From the NCBI GenBank assembly GCA_002633005.1, contig NMRA01000049.1:1036011-1100010 (forward strand): a DNA stretch of 64,000 bases, read 5' to 3'. Every line of letters starts with the position of its first letter. Position 1 is the first letter of the stretch. The notes beneath the pieces are model-generated. The model saw nothing but the letters and a program-made list of their open reading frames with translations, was not told the DNA's origin and did not search any database. The DNA is from Phoronis australis. Lineage: Eukaryota > Animalia > Phoronida. Both the position numbers and the translations under genes were made by a program. This document shows positions 50,928 to 62,406 of the stretch, piece by piece.

Positions 50928-53900
50928 TTAGTCTCAAGATGGTATTTTATTGGTGTCATCTAGAAGTAGACCGGATGAGGGGACTAGCAAAAAAGGCATT
51001 CTCTCCAGAGAGGTTTTTCATAATTTGGTTTCATCTTGGGTACCACATTTTTTCAATGATTTACCACACACTTGTTGTGGATAGCTGAAATTCTCTTTTC
51101 AAAAATTTCTCCACAAAGTAAAGATTAAGAACATTTCAGTCTGTTATGAGAATGGATTGAAGTATGTAGACGTCATAAAACATCATTTTATAAAATACTC
51201 ATTACTTGCTAAAAGGTTATCGACCGTTGAAAATGGAAAAATTACCATTTTTGCAATTAAACTCATTTTTCCAGAAGCCTAGGTATTGGATTGGACTGGA
51301 TTTTGAATGTGCCACAGTGACCTCTACCTATCAAACGGAAGAGAACCCTAGACCACAGTATTTACTACCCTAAGTGTTTTCATGAGAAAGATACTGTAAA
51401 CAGACTAATGAATCAATAGATCAGTTAAATGATGGTTATATGACAACAGGCCCCTAACAAGAACAGTAGCCTTAAAACATGATAAACATGCCCATTAAGA
51501 GTGTCCTCTCCACAACAATGGGCAGGGGAGGACAGGCCAACATTCAAATCCAGAGCAACACCAGCACTGGGGCAACCGGGGAGGATGGGTACCCCAGACT
51601 ATAGCAAATGAATGTGACTGAAACATTAACACTGGCACAAATCCCCCAACCCCTCACCCTCTACGTTTACGCTTCAGATAACGTCACCTATTACCACACA
51701 AACAAAACAACTGCTTCAGATGACACCTAAACCAGAAACAAACCCAATGACAGCACATCCCTGCAGTGTGACCCCTCAGAGGAGATCAACCCCTCCATCC
51801 TTCCCCTCCTGAACAGTAGTAGTACATGAGAGGAAAAGATTTGCGTAAGAGATCAATATCAATACAACATACCAGTCCTTGCTTTTTCACAGTTATGTGA
51901 CTCAACAATACAACGAACAACATGTTATGTAGCTGACATTACCTAACCATAAGTGTCTAGTAATGTTAATTCAGAGTTCTGTCAAACGGGCTTTATAGGA
52001 GTACCTGCTACAGTGTAACCATGAAATGGTGACCAAGTTCTCGTTGTCCAACAACAAAGCTAATTACCATTTAAACACAATTAACCTGTCAATAAATCCA
52101 TAATTAGCAACAGCTTCTGTTCACGCCTTGAGTTTTGACTTTTATTACAGCAAGAGCTTGAATGCATTAACTGCTTGCCTGAACAGGGAAGAACTCAAAT
52201 AATTGTTATCTCAACTCAAATCTATGAGTCATACTTCAGACACAGACAAACCATCTCACCTTTACAAATCAGATAGTTACACGGCATTTATCCTAATTAT
52301 GGATGACTTTCTATTACAAGTTGACTTGAACACAACACTGTGCAATCACAGAATACTATTTAACAAGGCTGTTTAACCCATTTACACACTTCTTCTTAAA
52401 GCAGTCATCAACAACCATGTAGAAACTGTCCAGGACACACTCTGTAAACAATCGACAAATCAGAAAATCTGAAACTAATCAGTATGCTAAAAGTTGCTGC
52501 CTGCTAAACTGGCAGGGATCACTCACATCTTGATCTACTGTGCATGATGAATACCAGTACCCTCAGTTGTGATGAAATCAGAACCAAATGCAAGACAGAG
52601 GTACATCAAAACTATCCCTTTCCTGATCCACCAGCTTGGTTGTCAGTGTAGTAGTTGTAGATGGGTGTTGTGTCTTGGTATTCTACACATCTGGCTCATG
52701 ACTTAGGAGTTAGTGCAGGCTACTGTAATTCCTGGAATGCTAGCTCACCATGTTGGTCTGCTCATCATTAAAATGTTAATGATGAGCTGGATGGCGTGAG
52801 AAGCATTTACACATCTGAGAAAGAGGCTACACCTTAAATGTTGGCCTCTTAATGGGAGAAGGTCCAGAAATTACTATGGTTTATTAATGGTATTACGTAC
52901 TTCTATTAGATGCACATTCACGGAGGTGTTATAGACATTTTAAGAATTACATTGAAAAATATTCAGTTTCAAATATATACCCGTGTATCAACACAGAGAG
53001 GGATATTGCTTCAAAATATGATTAAACGTTAAAGGCCTTCACGAGATATGGTGTGCAAACAAATCTGCACTACTTTAATTACCATCCAGTAAAAAATAAA
53101 GACAAGCTGGAAAAGTAATTATCTAATTTTTTCTCACTGTAATAGTGACAGCTAGACAGATTAAATAGAATAAAATGCATGTCTTTCCTTGATTATAACC
53201 ATCAAATGTTCCAGCCGAGTGGCGCCGCTAATAATTACTGCTAATAGTACAGCTTTAAATGACACTGGCTAATTTTGGTACCAAATTCATCACATACCAT
53301 AATACTACCAGATATTCTTGCTGGAGTTGTCAATAATAATTTGCAGTAAACTAATACCGCACATGTCACATGAAGGTTGTTAAAAATGGGATGGGTGATT
53401 AATAATGCAACATACCACAACTATGCTAAGCAACACTGTGAGCCACCAATTTATCTACAACCTTAGCAAACTTTGGGAAGGATTAGAACTTAAAATTGCC
53501 AGTCAGAGAGTGCAAAAAGAGACACGAATGAGTAACTTCACATAAGAAACGTCATTATTTCAAGAGTAGCTCTGAATTAAACTGACCACATCAAAAATAC
53601 CTGAACATACTATTTCCACTTCAGTTAGTTAAAAATGAATTCAAACACAAAATAAATGGACATGTGTTCTTTCAACATGACACCATTTTTAATGGAACAC
53701 ACTGATAATCACTTTCAGGAAATTAAAAACTTGATATAAAAAGTGAAATTGTAAACGAGGCTATAATTTTACAAAATACTTGTATTTCGATTCTCTAGAA
53801 GAAATTTGTTCTATGCTACAAATTGGTAAACACAAACCAAAGAATATCTTGAAATGTCTGAACCCCAATGGAGTGTTTACTTAAAATCAGGTCAAAACTG

Positions 53901-56110
53901 AAAACTTTCTCAAACAAATTTTAGTTGCTCATTAAGTCATTTCCTACAAACTAAATTTAACGATAGCACAGTGTAGGAAGCCCATCTAATCATAACACAT
54001 ACGTAACTCCGTAGTTCCGCAACATTACGAATCAGGTTTCTTCATAGCTTGTTTTAACAGGGTGCTGCACCCTCTTTTAATTTCAGCTCAATAAGGTTAC
54101 CACAATTGAATTATTCTCCCATCTTTTCAGCCCTCTTAAGACAATGTATGTTTACACAATTTTCCCTTAAAAGGAAATTGTATTTTATTCTGAATAAATT
54201 TTACATAGTTTTCTATGACTTGCTGATTAATTTCACAAATAATTCAACAGCAAAAAGTAAACTTCTATTCTTTAACGAAACTCAAAAAAACACTGCTTGA
54301 ATCGCTGCTTCTCGTGATATATTTGGTGGGGTAAAGTCAGTGTCCTATTTTAACGCGCTGTCAAGTGGCATTCTTCAAAATTGTCAGAATAAGAAATTTT
54401 GGTGTGAAATGTCAGGTCACCAGGGATACCTGTTTGAGCCGAGGCAACGCCAAGTGATACCCAGTCGTCGTCATCGTCAGACGAAAATTTGGCGGTGCAA
54501 CCAGACCGTATCAACAATTTACACTGGTGTGACTGTGAGCAGTGTGTACCCCAGCTAACTGTCAGCCAATACTCAGCTCTGTAAACTTGAAGGGTTGGTT
54601 AATTACCGACTATAGCTATATGAAGACTATGTACCACTGTGTGTTGAGCTCCGTTAGATCCCAAAATTTCACACAGCCCATTGACTACCCACTCACAGGT
54701 AGTTATGCTTGCTACCTCATCAACATGTAGACCTAACAGACAGACAGGGGTGCATGCAAAATCTGGTAGTCAACTGACACTCGCCTTGTTTGTTGCAGCC
54801 GTTTAAGTGGAAAACAATCAAGCGTCATTTTCTAGCATAATTCACTGCCTTTTGTAATAAAGAATAGTGAGTTGTCTGTTTTCAAAACCAGCACGCTCGT
54901 GACAGGGTGCACCTGCCTTTTTCTAAAATTTTGCAACGTCTTTCGGAAGATGACGACAGCTTCGCAGCAGCAACGTTTATTCTAAAATTCAGTTTGCTGG
55001 TATTAAAATATTACTAAAAACTTGTAACGAAATGAAACAAGTTCTGAAAATTTGTTGTGACATGTACATGTATGCAACATTGTGCCGACAGTGAAGAACA
55101 GTTGATAAAAGAATCAGGGGGGGGAAAGTGGTCAAAGTCAGGTGACGTAATCGCCAAAAGCCGACTCAAAAGAACGCATCACTATTTTAGCAGCAGTCGT
55201 CAAGGACAGATAGCTAACTTTTCCAACACCATTAGTTTACTCAAGGAAGAGAGTAGTGTTTATGACACTAATTTAGAGTCAGATTTTATTTGTCCATTTT
55301 TTACAAATCCCCTTAGAAGACACCTTTTTCGACTGGTTCAAACAACCAGGTGCCATACAAAAAGGCATGTCAAACATTTTACAGCACTGTGGCAAACAGT
55401 AAAAAATAAGAACAGCTGGTACAAAGATAAAATACAATGTAAACTCTTCACAATATGGCAAAGCAATATGTGATAAGCAGTCAAGGCCCCACCATCGCAG
55501 TAAGGATTTCAGTCTTTTGACAATAAAAATGAATGAGCTTTTGTTTAGCGCACAACTCGGACAAATGTGAGATTTATTTGCATGTTAGAATCGGTTAACT
55601 GCTGTATTATTTTTACTACAGTCCACTTTCAAGTCTCTGCAGTCGTAATAGTCACATGCCGACATTGTGAGAACCAGTTTTCTCCACAGAATAATGAGCA
55701 TCGTGCTGATTCTCAAAATGTTGGCATGTTATATCCGACTGTTGTCTCTGGACTAATCAGACTTGATAACCAAGGTTCGAAGTTCCAAGTCAGGTGGCGA
55801 GACCATCTCATTCACGAGTTGGCTCACCTAGAAATGACTAACATGTTGTGGAAATTGACATTTCGCGAGTCCACACAAAAATAGTTCAACAATGAGGCAA
55901 TTTATGAGAAACAGAAGTTATAAAAATCAGAAACAGACGCTTGGCAAAACTGCTCGAGTCATAGGATAATGTTATGTTTTGTAAGTAAAAGAGTGGTTAC
56001 ATGTGAAGTTAATCTGACAAGATCGAAGAACATGTAAGATACTACATGCTAGCCTTGGTTTAAAAGTAATGAGGAAGTTCTTTTTAAATTCATCCATACA
56101 AGCACATTCT

Positions 56111-57428
56111 AACAAGAGCAACGCAGAGCGTTGAAATGCGCCCACGAATTCATCAAAAATGGTGTGCTTTTAGGGTTATTTGTTTGTATCATAAAAATGG
56201 CCACTAGATGGAGCAAAATCCATCCGAAAATGAGAACATGCAATATTTCATAAAAATCAGTTAAGAAACTTTAGAGAAACAAAGGAAAACAGAACAAAAT
56301 GAAATTGCCATTTGTGGGCACAGCTTCCGTTCCATCTGCCTGAAAGTCGCCGTCTCTTCATATAAATTCACTTAATAAATTTAATAAAGATCCTGCAGTG
56401 GGTTTTGGAGATACAGCTATGGGCGCAAAATAAAACAAAAGTATCACTACGAGGCGCCCCAGTAGTCATTCGCCATCATCAAACGTCCTCTTCACACTGA
56501 AAACATATATGCCAATTTTCAAAACCATCCCTAGAATGATTTGATTGATCGAGGGGTGGATGCCTTAAACAAGATTTGAAAATAGCAAAAATGGCCACCA
56601 GGTGGTGCAAAATACCTCGATTCCATCCAAAAACAGGATGATAGCGTCATCTCACCAATAGATGCCCATATTCAAAATTTTATGAAAATCTGTTGAGGAC
56701 CTTTGAAGATACAGACTGGTAAACCTAAAAAACTAAAATTACCACTAGGGGACACACAAGTAGTCAGATCCGTCCGAAAGCCGTCGTCCTCCGTTGTTAA
56801 CATCATATAAATACACTTACTTTAGAAATTTAGCAAAGATATAAATACACTTACTTTAGAAATTTAGTAAAGATTCTGCACACAGTTTAGGGGATACAGA
56901 CATAGGTGCAAAAAAAAACTGCAACTAGGTGCCGCCACAGTAGTCAAAGTTGTCGGATAATCATCGTCAGCCATCCACTACATAGTAAGAACATACATGC
57001 CAATTTTCACAATCATCCTTTGAGCGGCTTGGTTGATAGAGGGGTGGACGCAAAAAAACAGACTCGAAAACAGTAAAACTGGCCAATAGGTAGCACAAAC
57101 TACATCAAATCCATCTGAAAACGGGATAGCGTCATCTCACTAATAGGTGCCTATATACCAAATTTTATGAAAATCCGTTCAGGACTTTTGAAGATGCAAA
57201 GGTAAACGTAAAACACTAAAACTGCCACTAGGGGGCACACCAGTAGTAGGATCCGTCGGATCACTCATGCCGTCCCATTCATGGAACGAACACATGTGCA
57301 AAATTTCATGAACATACGTCAAGGCGTTTTGGAGATAGAACAGCGGACGCCGGATAGACGGACGGACGCCGGACGGACGGAGATGACGGCATAATGTGTA
57401 CACATATAAATATGTGAGCGCATAATAA
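56111..57428 (-). mobile_element. Non-autonomous Helentron-type element (HINE/DINE-1/pearl-like) with 8 internal ~145-bp monomers
   Basis: One end reads AACAAGAG, then a CAACGC-AGA-GCGTTG stem-loop and the subterminal repeat ATGCGCCCAC. The interior is a tandem array followed by a (GACG)n microsatellite at 57345-57380. The other end has a CACATA-TAAA-TATGTG hairpin and CGCATAA. Confidence 0.85.
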
Positions 57429-59086
57429 AACAAGAGCAACGCGGAGTGTTGAAATACGCCCACAAATGCATTGCAAATGGTGTGCTTTTAAGGCAATTTA
57501 TTTGTATCATGAAAATGGCCACTTGATGGCACAAAAACATACAATCCATCCAAAAACAGGAACATGCCATATTTCATAAAAATCTGTCAAGGAAATTCAT
57601 AGAAACAAAGGAAAACAGAATAAAATGAAATTGCCACTAGTGGGCATAGCGTCTGTTGGATCCACCTGAAAGTCGTCGTCATCTGTTGTTATCTTCATAT
57701 AAATACACTTACTAAATTTAATAAAGATCCTGCAGTGGGTTTAGGAGATACAGCTATGGGCGCAAAACAAAACAAAACTACCACTAGGAGGTGCCACAGT
57801 AGTTAGTCACCATCATCAAACATCCTCTTCACACTGACAACATATACGCCAATTTGGTTGATACAGGGGTGGACGCCAAAAACAAGAATTGAAAACAGCA
57901 AAAATGGCCACTTGGTCATGTAAAATACCTCGATTCCATCCAAAAACAGGAAAATAGCGTCATCTCACCAATAGATGCCTATATTTAAAATTTTATGAAA
58001 ATGTGTTGTAGACTTTTGAAGATACAGAGTTAAACGTAAAAACTAAAATTGCCACTAGGGGGCACATCAGTAGTCGTCGTCGTCTGTAGTCAACATCATA
58101 TAAATACACTTGCTAAATTAAGTAAAGGTCCTGCAAACAGCTTAGGAGATACAGCCATGAGCGCAAAAAAACAAAACTGCCACTAGGATTCGCCCCAGTA
58201 GAAAAAGTCAAAAAATCATCATCAGTCGTCCACTTCATAGTAAAAACATGCATGCCAATTTTCATAATTATCCTGAAAACGGTTTGGTTGATAGATGAGT
58301 GGACGCCAAAAAACAGACTCGAAAACAGTACAAATGGCCACTAGATGGTGCAAACTAGGTCGAATTCATCTGAAAACAAAGTGATAGCGTCACCTCATTA
58401 ACAGATACCGGTATGCCAAATTTTATGGAAAATACGTTGAGGACCTTTGAAGACAGATGTAAACGTAAAAAAATAAAATTGCCACTAGGTGGCACCCCAG
58501 TAGTCAGATCTGTTCGAAAGTCATCGTCGTCCGTTGTTTACATCATGTAAATACACTTACTAAATTTCGTAAAGATCTTGCGAACGGTTTAGGAGACACA
58601 GCCATAGGCGCAAAAAAAACTGCCACTAGGAGGCGCCATAGTAGTCAAAGTCATCGGAAAATCATCGTCAAACGTCAACTTCATAGTAAATACATGCCAA
58701 TTTTCACAATCACCCTTTGAGTGGTTTGGCTGACAGAGGAGTGGATGCAAAAAACAGACTTGAAAACAGTAAAAACAGTCCCTAGGTGGCGCAAACTACG
58801 TCGAATCCACCCGAAAATGAGAGGATTGTGTCATCTCACTAATAGGTGCCTAAATACCAAATTTCATTAAAATCCGTTAAGGAAGATACAGTGGTAAGCG
58901 TAAAAAATTAAAATTGCCACTAGGGGGCACACCGGTTGGCGGATCCGTCCGAAAGTTCGCTCATGCTGTCCCATACATGTGCAAAATTTCATGAACATAC
59001 GTCAAGCCTTTTGAAGACACAGCAGCGGACGCCGGACGGAGATGACGACATAATGCGTCCACATATAAATATGTGGTCGCATAAAA
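57429..59086 (-). mobile_element. Second Helentron-type element, head-to-tail with the first, 11 internal monomers
   Basis: Same termini as the first element (AACAAGAGCAACGCGGAGTGTTGAAATACGCCCAC ... GGACGCCGGACGGAGATGACG..TGCGTCCACATATAAATATGTGGTCGCATAAAA), with one extra ~430-bp trimer. Confidence 0.88.
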
Positions 59087-59607
59087 ATTGGTGTCCCTAC
59101 AGTATATAGACAAGTTCATTTCAAGTGCAGGGGTGATTGCTCAATATGTAGCACAGGAATTGATACCAACTGTAACAAAAGTTATCAATCTAAGATATCC
59201 CCCTTATCTAATAATGCCCTCCTCCCAGACTGAGTGCTGAATGTATCTTTTTGTCTGTTCCAAGAGGGCAAGGGTTCAAAAGCGTTACTGCTTCAATGAA
59301 AATAGATCAAGTGTTTGATAATGAAAATTAAAGAATTTTTTTCACATTGAAATCAAGATAAAAATAAAACCTATTTTACTATTCAACAAACCACAAAGTT
59401 ATTTTGCTAAAGTTTCTTTCTTGTTTTTAACTACTACAGGTCGAATTTTTCGGCTGGTGGACTTGAAATATTAAAGCATGTACCTAGAAATAAGCTTGAA
59501 GCCTATTGTGTTGGGACGGAATGGGACAAATGATGGAGGTGTGGTGGCATTTTTTAAAAAATTTTGCTTTAAAGAGCTCTGGCTCTCCATGATAGCAAGT
59601 AGCAGCA

Positions 59608-59966
59608 TATGTTCATAAAAACAACGATGGATTTAAACTGGCTTGACAGACTTCAGCGTTTACTGAAACACCATTATCACAAGAAAAAAACCCAGTGGCC
59701 ACCTTGCTAGGCCCAGCAACAAGTATAGTGATGAAACACACAGTCAGTTACAAGCCAGTTGCAAGCCCAGTCCAACTGGCACACCACAGGTAGTCATTGT
59801 TAGTCTAGTCTACTGTTACTCCCCTGTAACTGTCTGTGTCTGTGTTTCATTACTTGTTGGGCCTAGCAAGGTGGCCACTTTTTTCTTCTTCTTCTGCTGA
59901 TGGTGTTTCAATAAACACCGAAAAATATCAAGCCGGTTTGAATCTGTTGTTGATTTTATTAACATA
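59608..59966. mobile_element. Foldback MITE with ~140-bp arms
   Basis: AGTGGCCACCTTGCTAGGCCCA / TGGGCCTAGCAAGGTGGCCACT, TGAAACACCA / TGGTGTTTCA and GGCTTGA / TCAAGCC are inverted pairs. The 13-bp direct repeat AGCTCTGGCTCTC is at 59575 and 59966. Confidence 0.85.
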
Positions 59967-60395
59967 GCTCTGGCTCTCTTGTACATTAAGGTATTTATTT
60001 GAATTTTGTTAGCTCCTCCCTTTCTTGTCGATTGTTTCCCCTAGCCCTTTGTTTCATCAACGTTTGATGATGACGATTATGTCAGTGATGATATTGTCAT
60101 TTTAGCATCTTGTGACATGATCACCGTAAGCGACAATGAAGTAAACACCATGCTTGGTTTCGGACGTATTTCATATCATCAATGTTGTCTATACATATAT
60201 TCGTGTCGTTGCAGTCATTATCTTTACATCAGTGTTGTCATCAGTATGCAGTCTAATCCTTTTTATCAGTATTGGTGTCTACTTTCGTGGAAGCATTGTC
60301 GGCATTGCAGGCTGTGTAGGCACAACCATGTTGTTGTTTACAGTGTCACTGTGGGTGTTGGCGGTGTCATCATCCTTGGCCTTGTTATTGTCCAA

Positions 60396-60897
60396 AGGTC
60401 CTTTCATACTAACGTGAATGCATCGAACTTTTGGGGAGTTGCAGTCAGTATGCACAGTTAACTACGGTCCTGGATCGAAGTTACGGTGCTAGTTAACTTC
60501 GTAGTACACAGATGGATTAAACAGCGGAGTGTCAACGCTGCGGTGCCGCATGATTGGTCAACTCCGATCTCATCACACGGACCACTGCTGTCGTCGACAA
60601 TTAAAAAACTATGTGTCATGGCTAATAGTGGCTTAGAGCTTGCTCGAATAATCACCAATCATATCAGAATGAAGTTTTAGGTCACTTTATTTAGCAAACG
60701 CAAATTTTTCCAAATTGTTGCATTAAAAAAATCTTAGTGCACACCGGATGCATCAGAGCTACCTTGCGATTATTTTGATGAAGACAGCGTTACCTACCAT
60801 TTGCTCCGATGGCGTTAACTACCAAAGCTGGTATATAACTTCGCACTTTACATCGACGCTTCGCACATAGCTGAATTTAATTAGAGTAAAAGAGCCT
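60396..60897 (+). mobile_element. MITE family A copy 4
   Basis: AGGTCCTTTCATACTAACG..., colinear with 23067-23583; the right TIR is decayed (AAAAGAGCCT). Confidence 0.82.
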
Positions 60898-62215
60898 ATA
60901 CGGTGGAGGGTCTTGAGTGTGGCTGCTGTTGTCGGCATCGCTTGTTTTGGCCGTGGTTTCATTCAGTGATATCAATAAGTGCAACTTTGTGGTTCTTCTG
61001 GGTGTGTCAGCATCACCATCAATGTTGAAGGTGGGGGGGTATCATTGCCTTTGTTGATGCTGTGGTTGGTGATGCTGGGGACACTGTCGCTTTGTTGGTA
61101 GTGTTGGCAGGTGATTTCGCTGATAGTTGCTCTGTCATAGAGCTTTCCTGTTTATCGTATTTCTTTGAGGAAAAAATACCCTAACTTTACTCCTCACAGG
61201 AATTCAATTTCAGAAAACAAACAGATAAAAAATCATTAGCTTCCCTGTACAGTGTTGTAATGTATTTCTGGCAGTGTATTATAGTTGTTAAGTCGTGGCT
61301 AGTGCTCATGATAAGGAGATGTATCGTGGTTCTTGTACAAATCCATTGATGGAGTCAGTATAACAGACTTAGGACTTTTAATGGAGAAAAAATAATCTCA
61401 AAGCTAAGCCTAACTTTGAAAACAGATTTATGGATTTAAACATCATTTAAAACGGTAAGGTGACACTTGAGGCTGGACTTGCAGTATACTGAAGATATAC
61501 TGCCTAGTGAATGGTGAGATTTTAAAATAAAGCAACCCTGAAGATTTCAATGAGCAAATGTACAAAAGACAATACTTGGCCAGTTTGTCTCTAACCAAAA
61601 GCTGCAAACAAGAAGCAAAGGTTTGATAAACAGTTGTCTTATATCTGTATTTACTATTTTAAAAAATTTAACCAGTTTTAGCTTCTTAGCTAAAATTTTT
61701 GAAGAAAAAGTATGCTTGACGTCTACATTATTGAATTACCTATTGTTAAATCCGGAAAATGCTTGAAAAATTATTTTGTTGTTTTTTTAAGATTTTCCAA
61801 ACAAAATCTGGCATACTCAACAGTTGTAGTATATGTAATCAGCAGTTTCACAATGTTGAGTATTCATGTACAACATCTCTAATTCAGGACATTCCTGATA
61901 AGAATGTTTATTTTAACACATTGCCCTAGACCAGTTGGCTGGCTTGCCATTTTACACCCTGCTTTTGTAATCCTATCCCTGTATCACAGTTGTCAAGGAT
62001 GTATGATTGCCACATAGGCACTTAGCCTCTCACTGGAATAGGAAATCATTTTCTGGGTGACAGTTAATGTTATGAAGGCACTTACTGACAAGTGTGGGTA
62101 CCCAGCCAAATATCTATTTATAACAGCTACGTATTTTAACTTTAAGTTGGTAAAAGTATATATGTTTTCTGAAAGTACAAAGCCTGGAAACTGATTTTTG
62201 ACTTAATATCAATAC

Positions 62216-62406
62216 ACCTTTATTCATCCAGTTGCCGTATTACAAAGATTCTCCTTTTGAGGTTTTAAAAACAATGCATTGCGCGCTTAATCACAGAGCA
62301 GAATGTGATTTTTTCTCATACCTCGTTATGTTTATGTCTTCAATGCATTGTTTTTTTAAACCTAAAAAGAGGCTCACATTTAAAATGGCGACTGCGTGAA
62401 TAAGGT
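62216..62406. mobile_element. ~190-bp foldback/MITE
   Basis: ACCTTTATTCA..AGGTTTTAAAAACAATGCATTG pairs with CAATGCATTGTTTTTTTAAACCT..TGAATAAGGT. Confidence 0.75.

Noticed and set aside
57179-57570. ORFs containing RPSGVRPSIRR / SVRPASVRLS
   Set aside because: These are translations of the (CCGT)n microsatellite of the Helentron-type element.
60060-61140. Thr/Asn/Asp-rich coding-looking minus-strand sequence as a candidate LPP 5' exon
   Set aside because: It has multiple stops, is interrupted by a MITE and lacks good splice sites. It looks like decayed trinucleotide-rich or transposon sequence.
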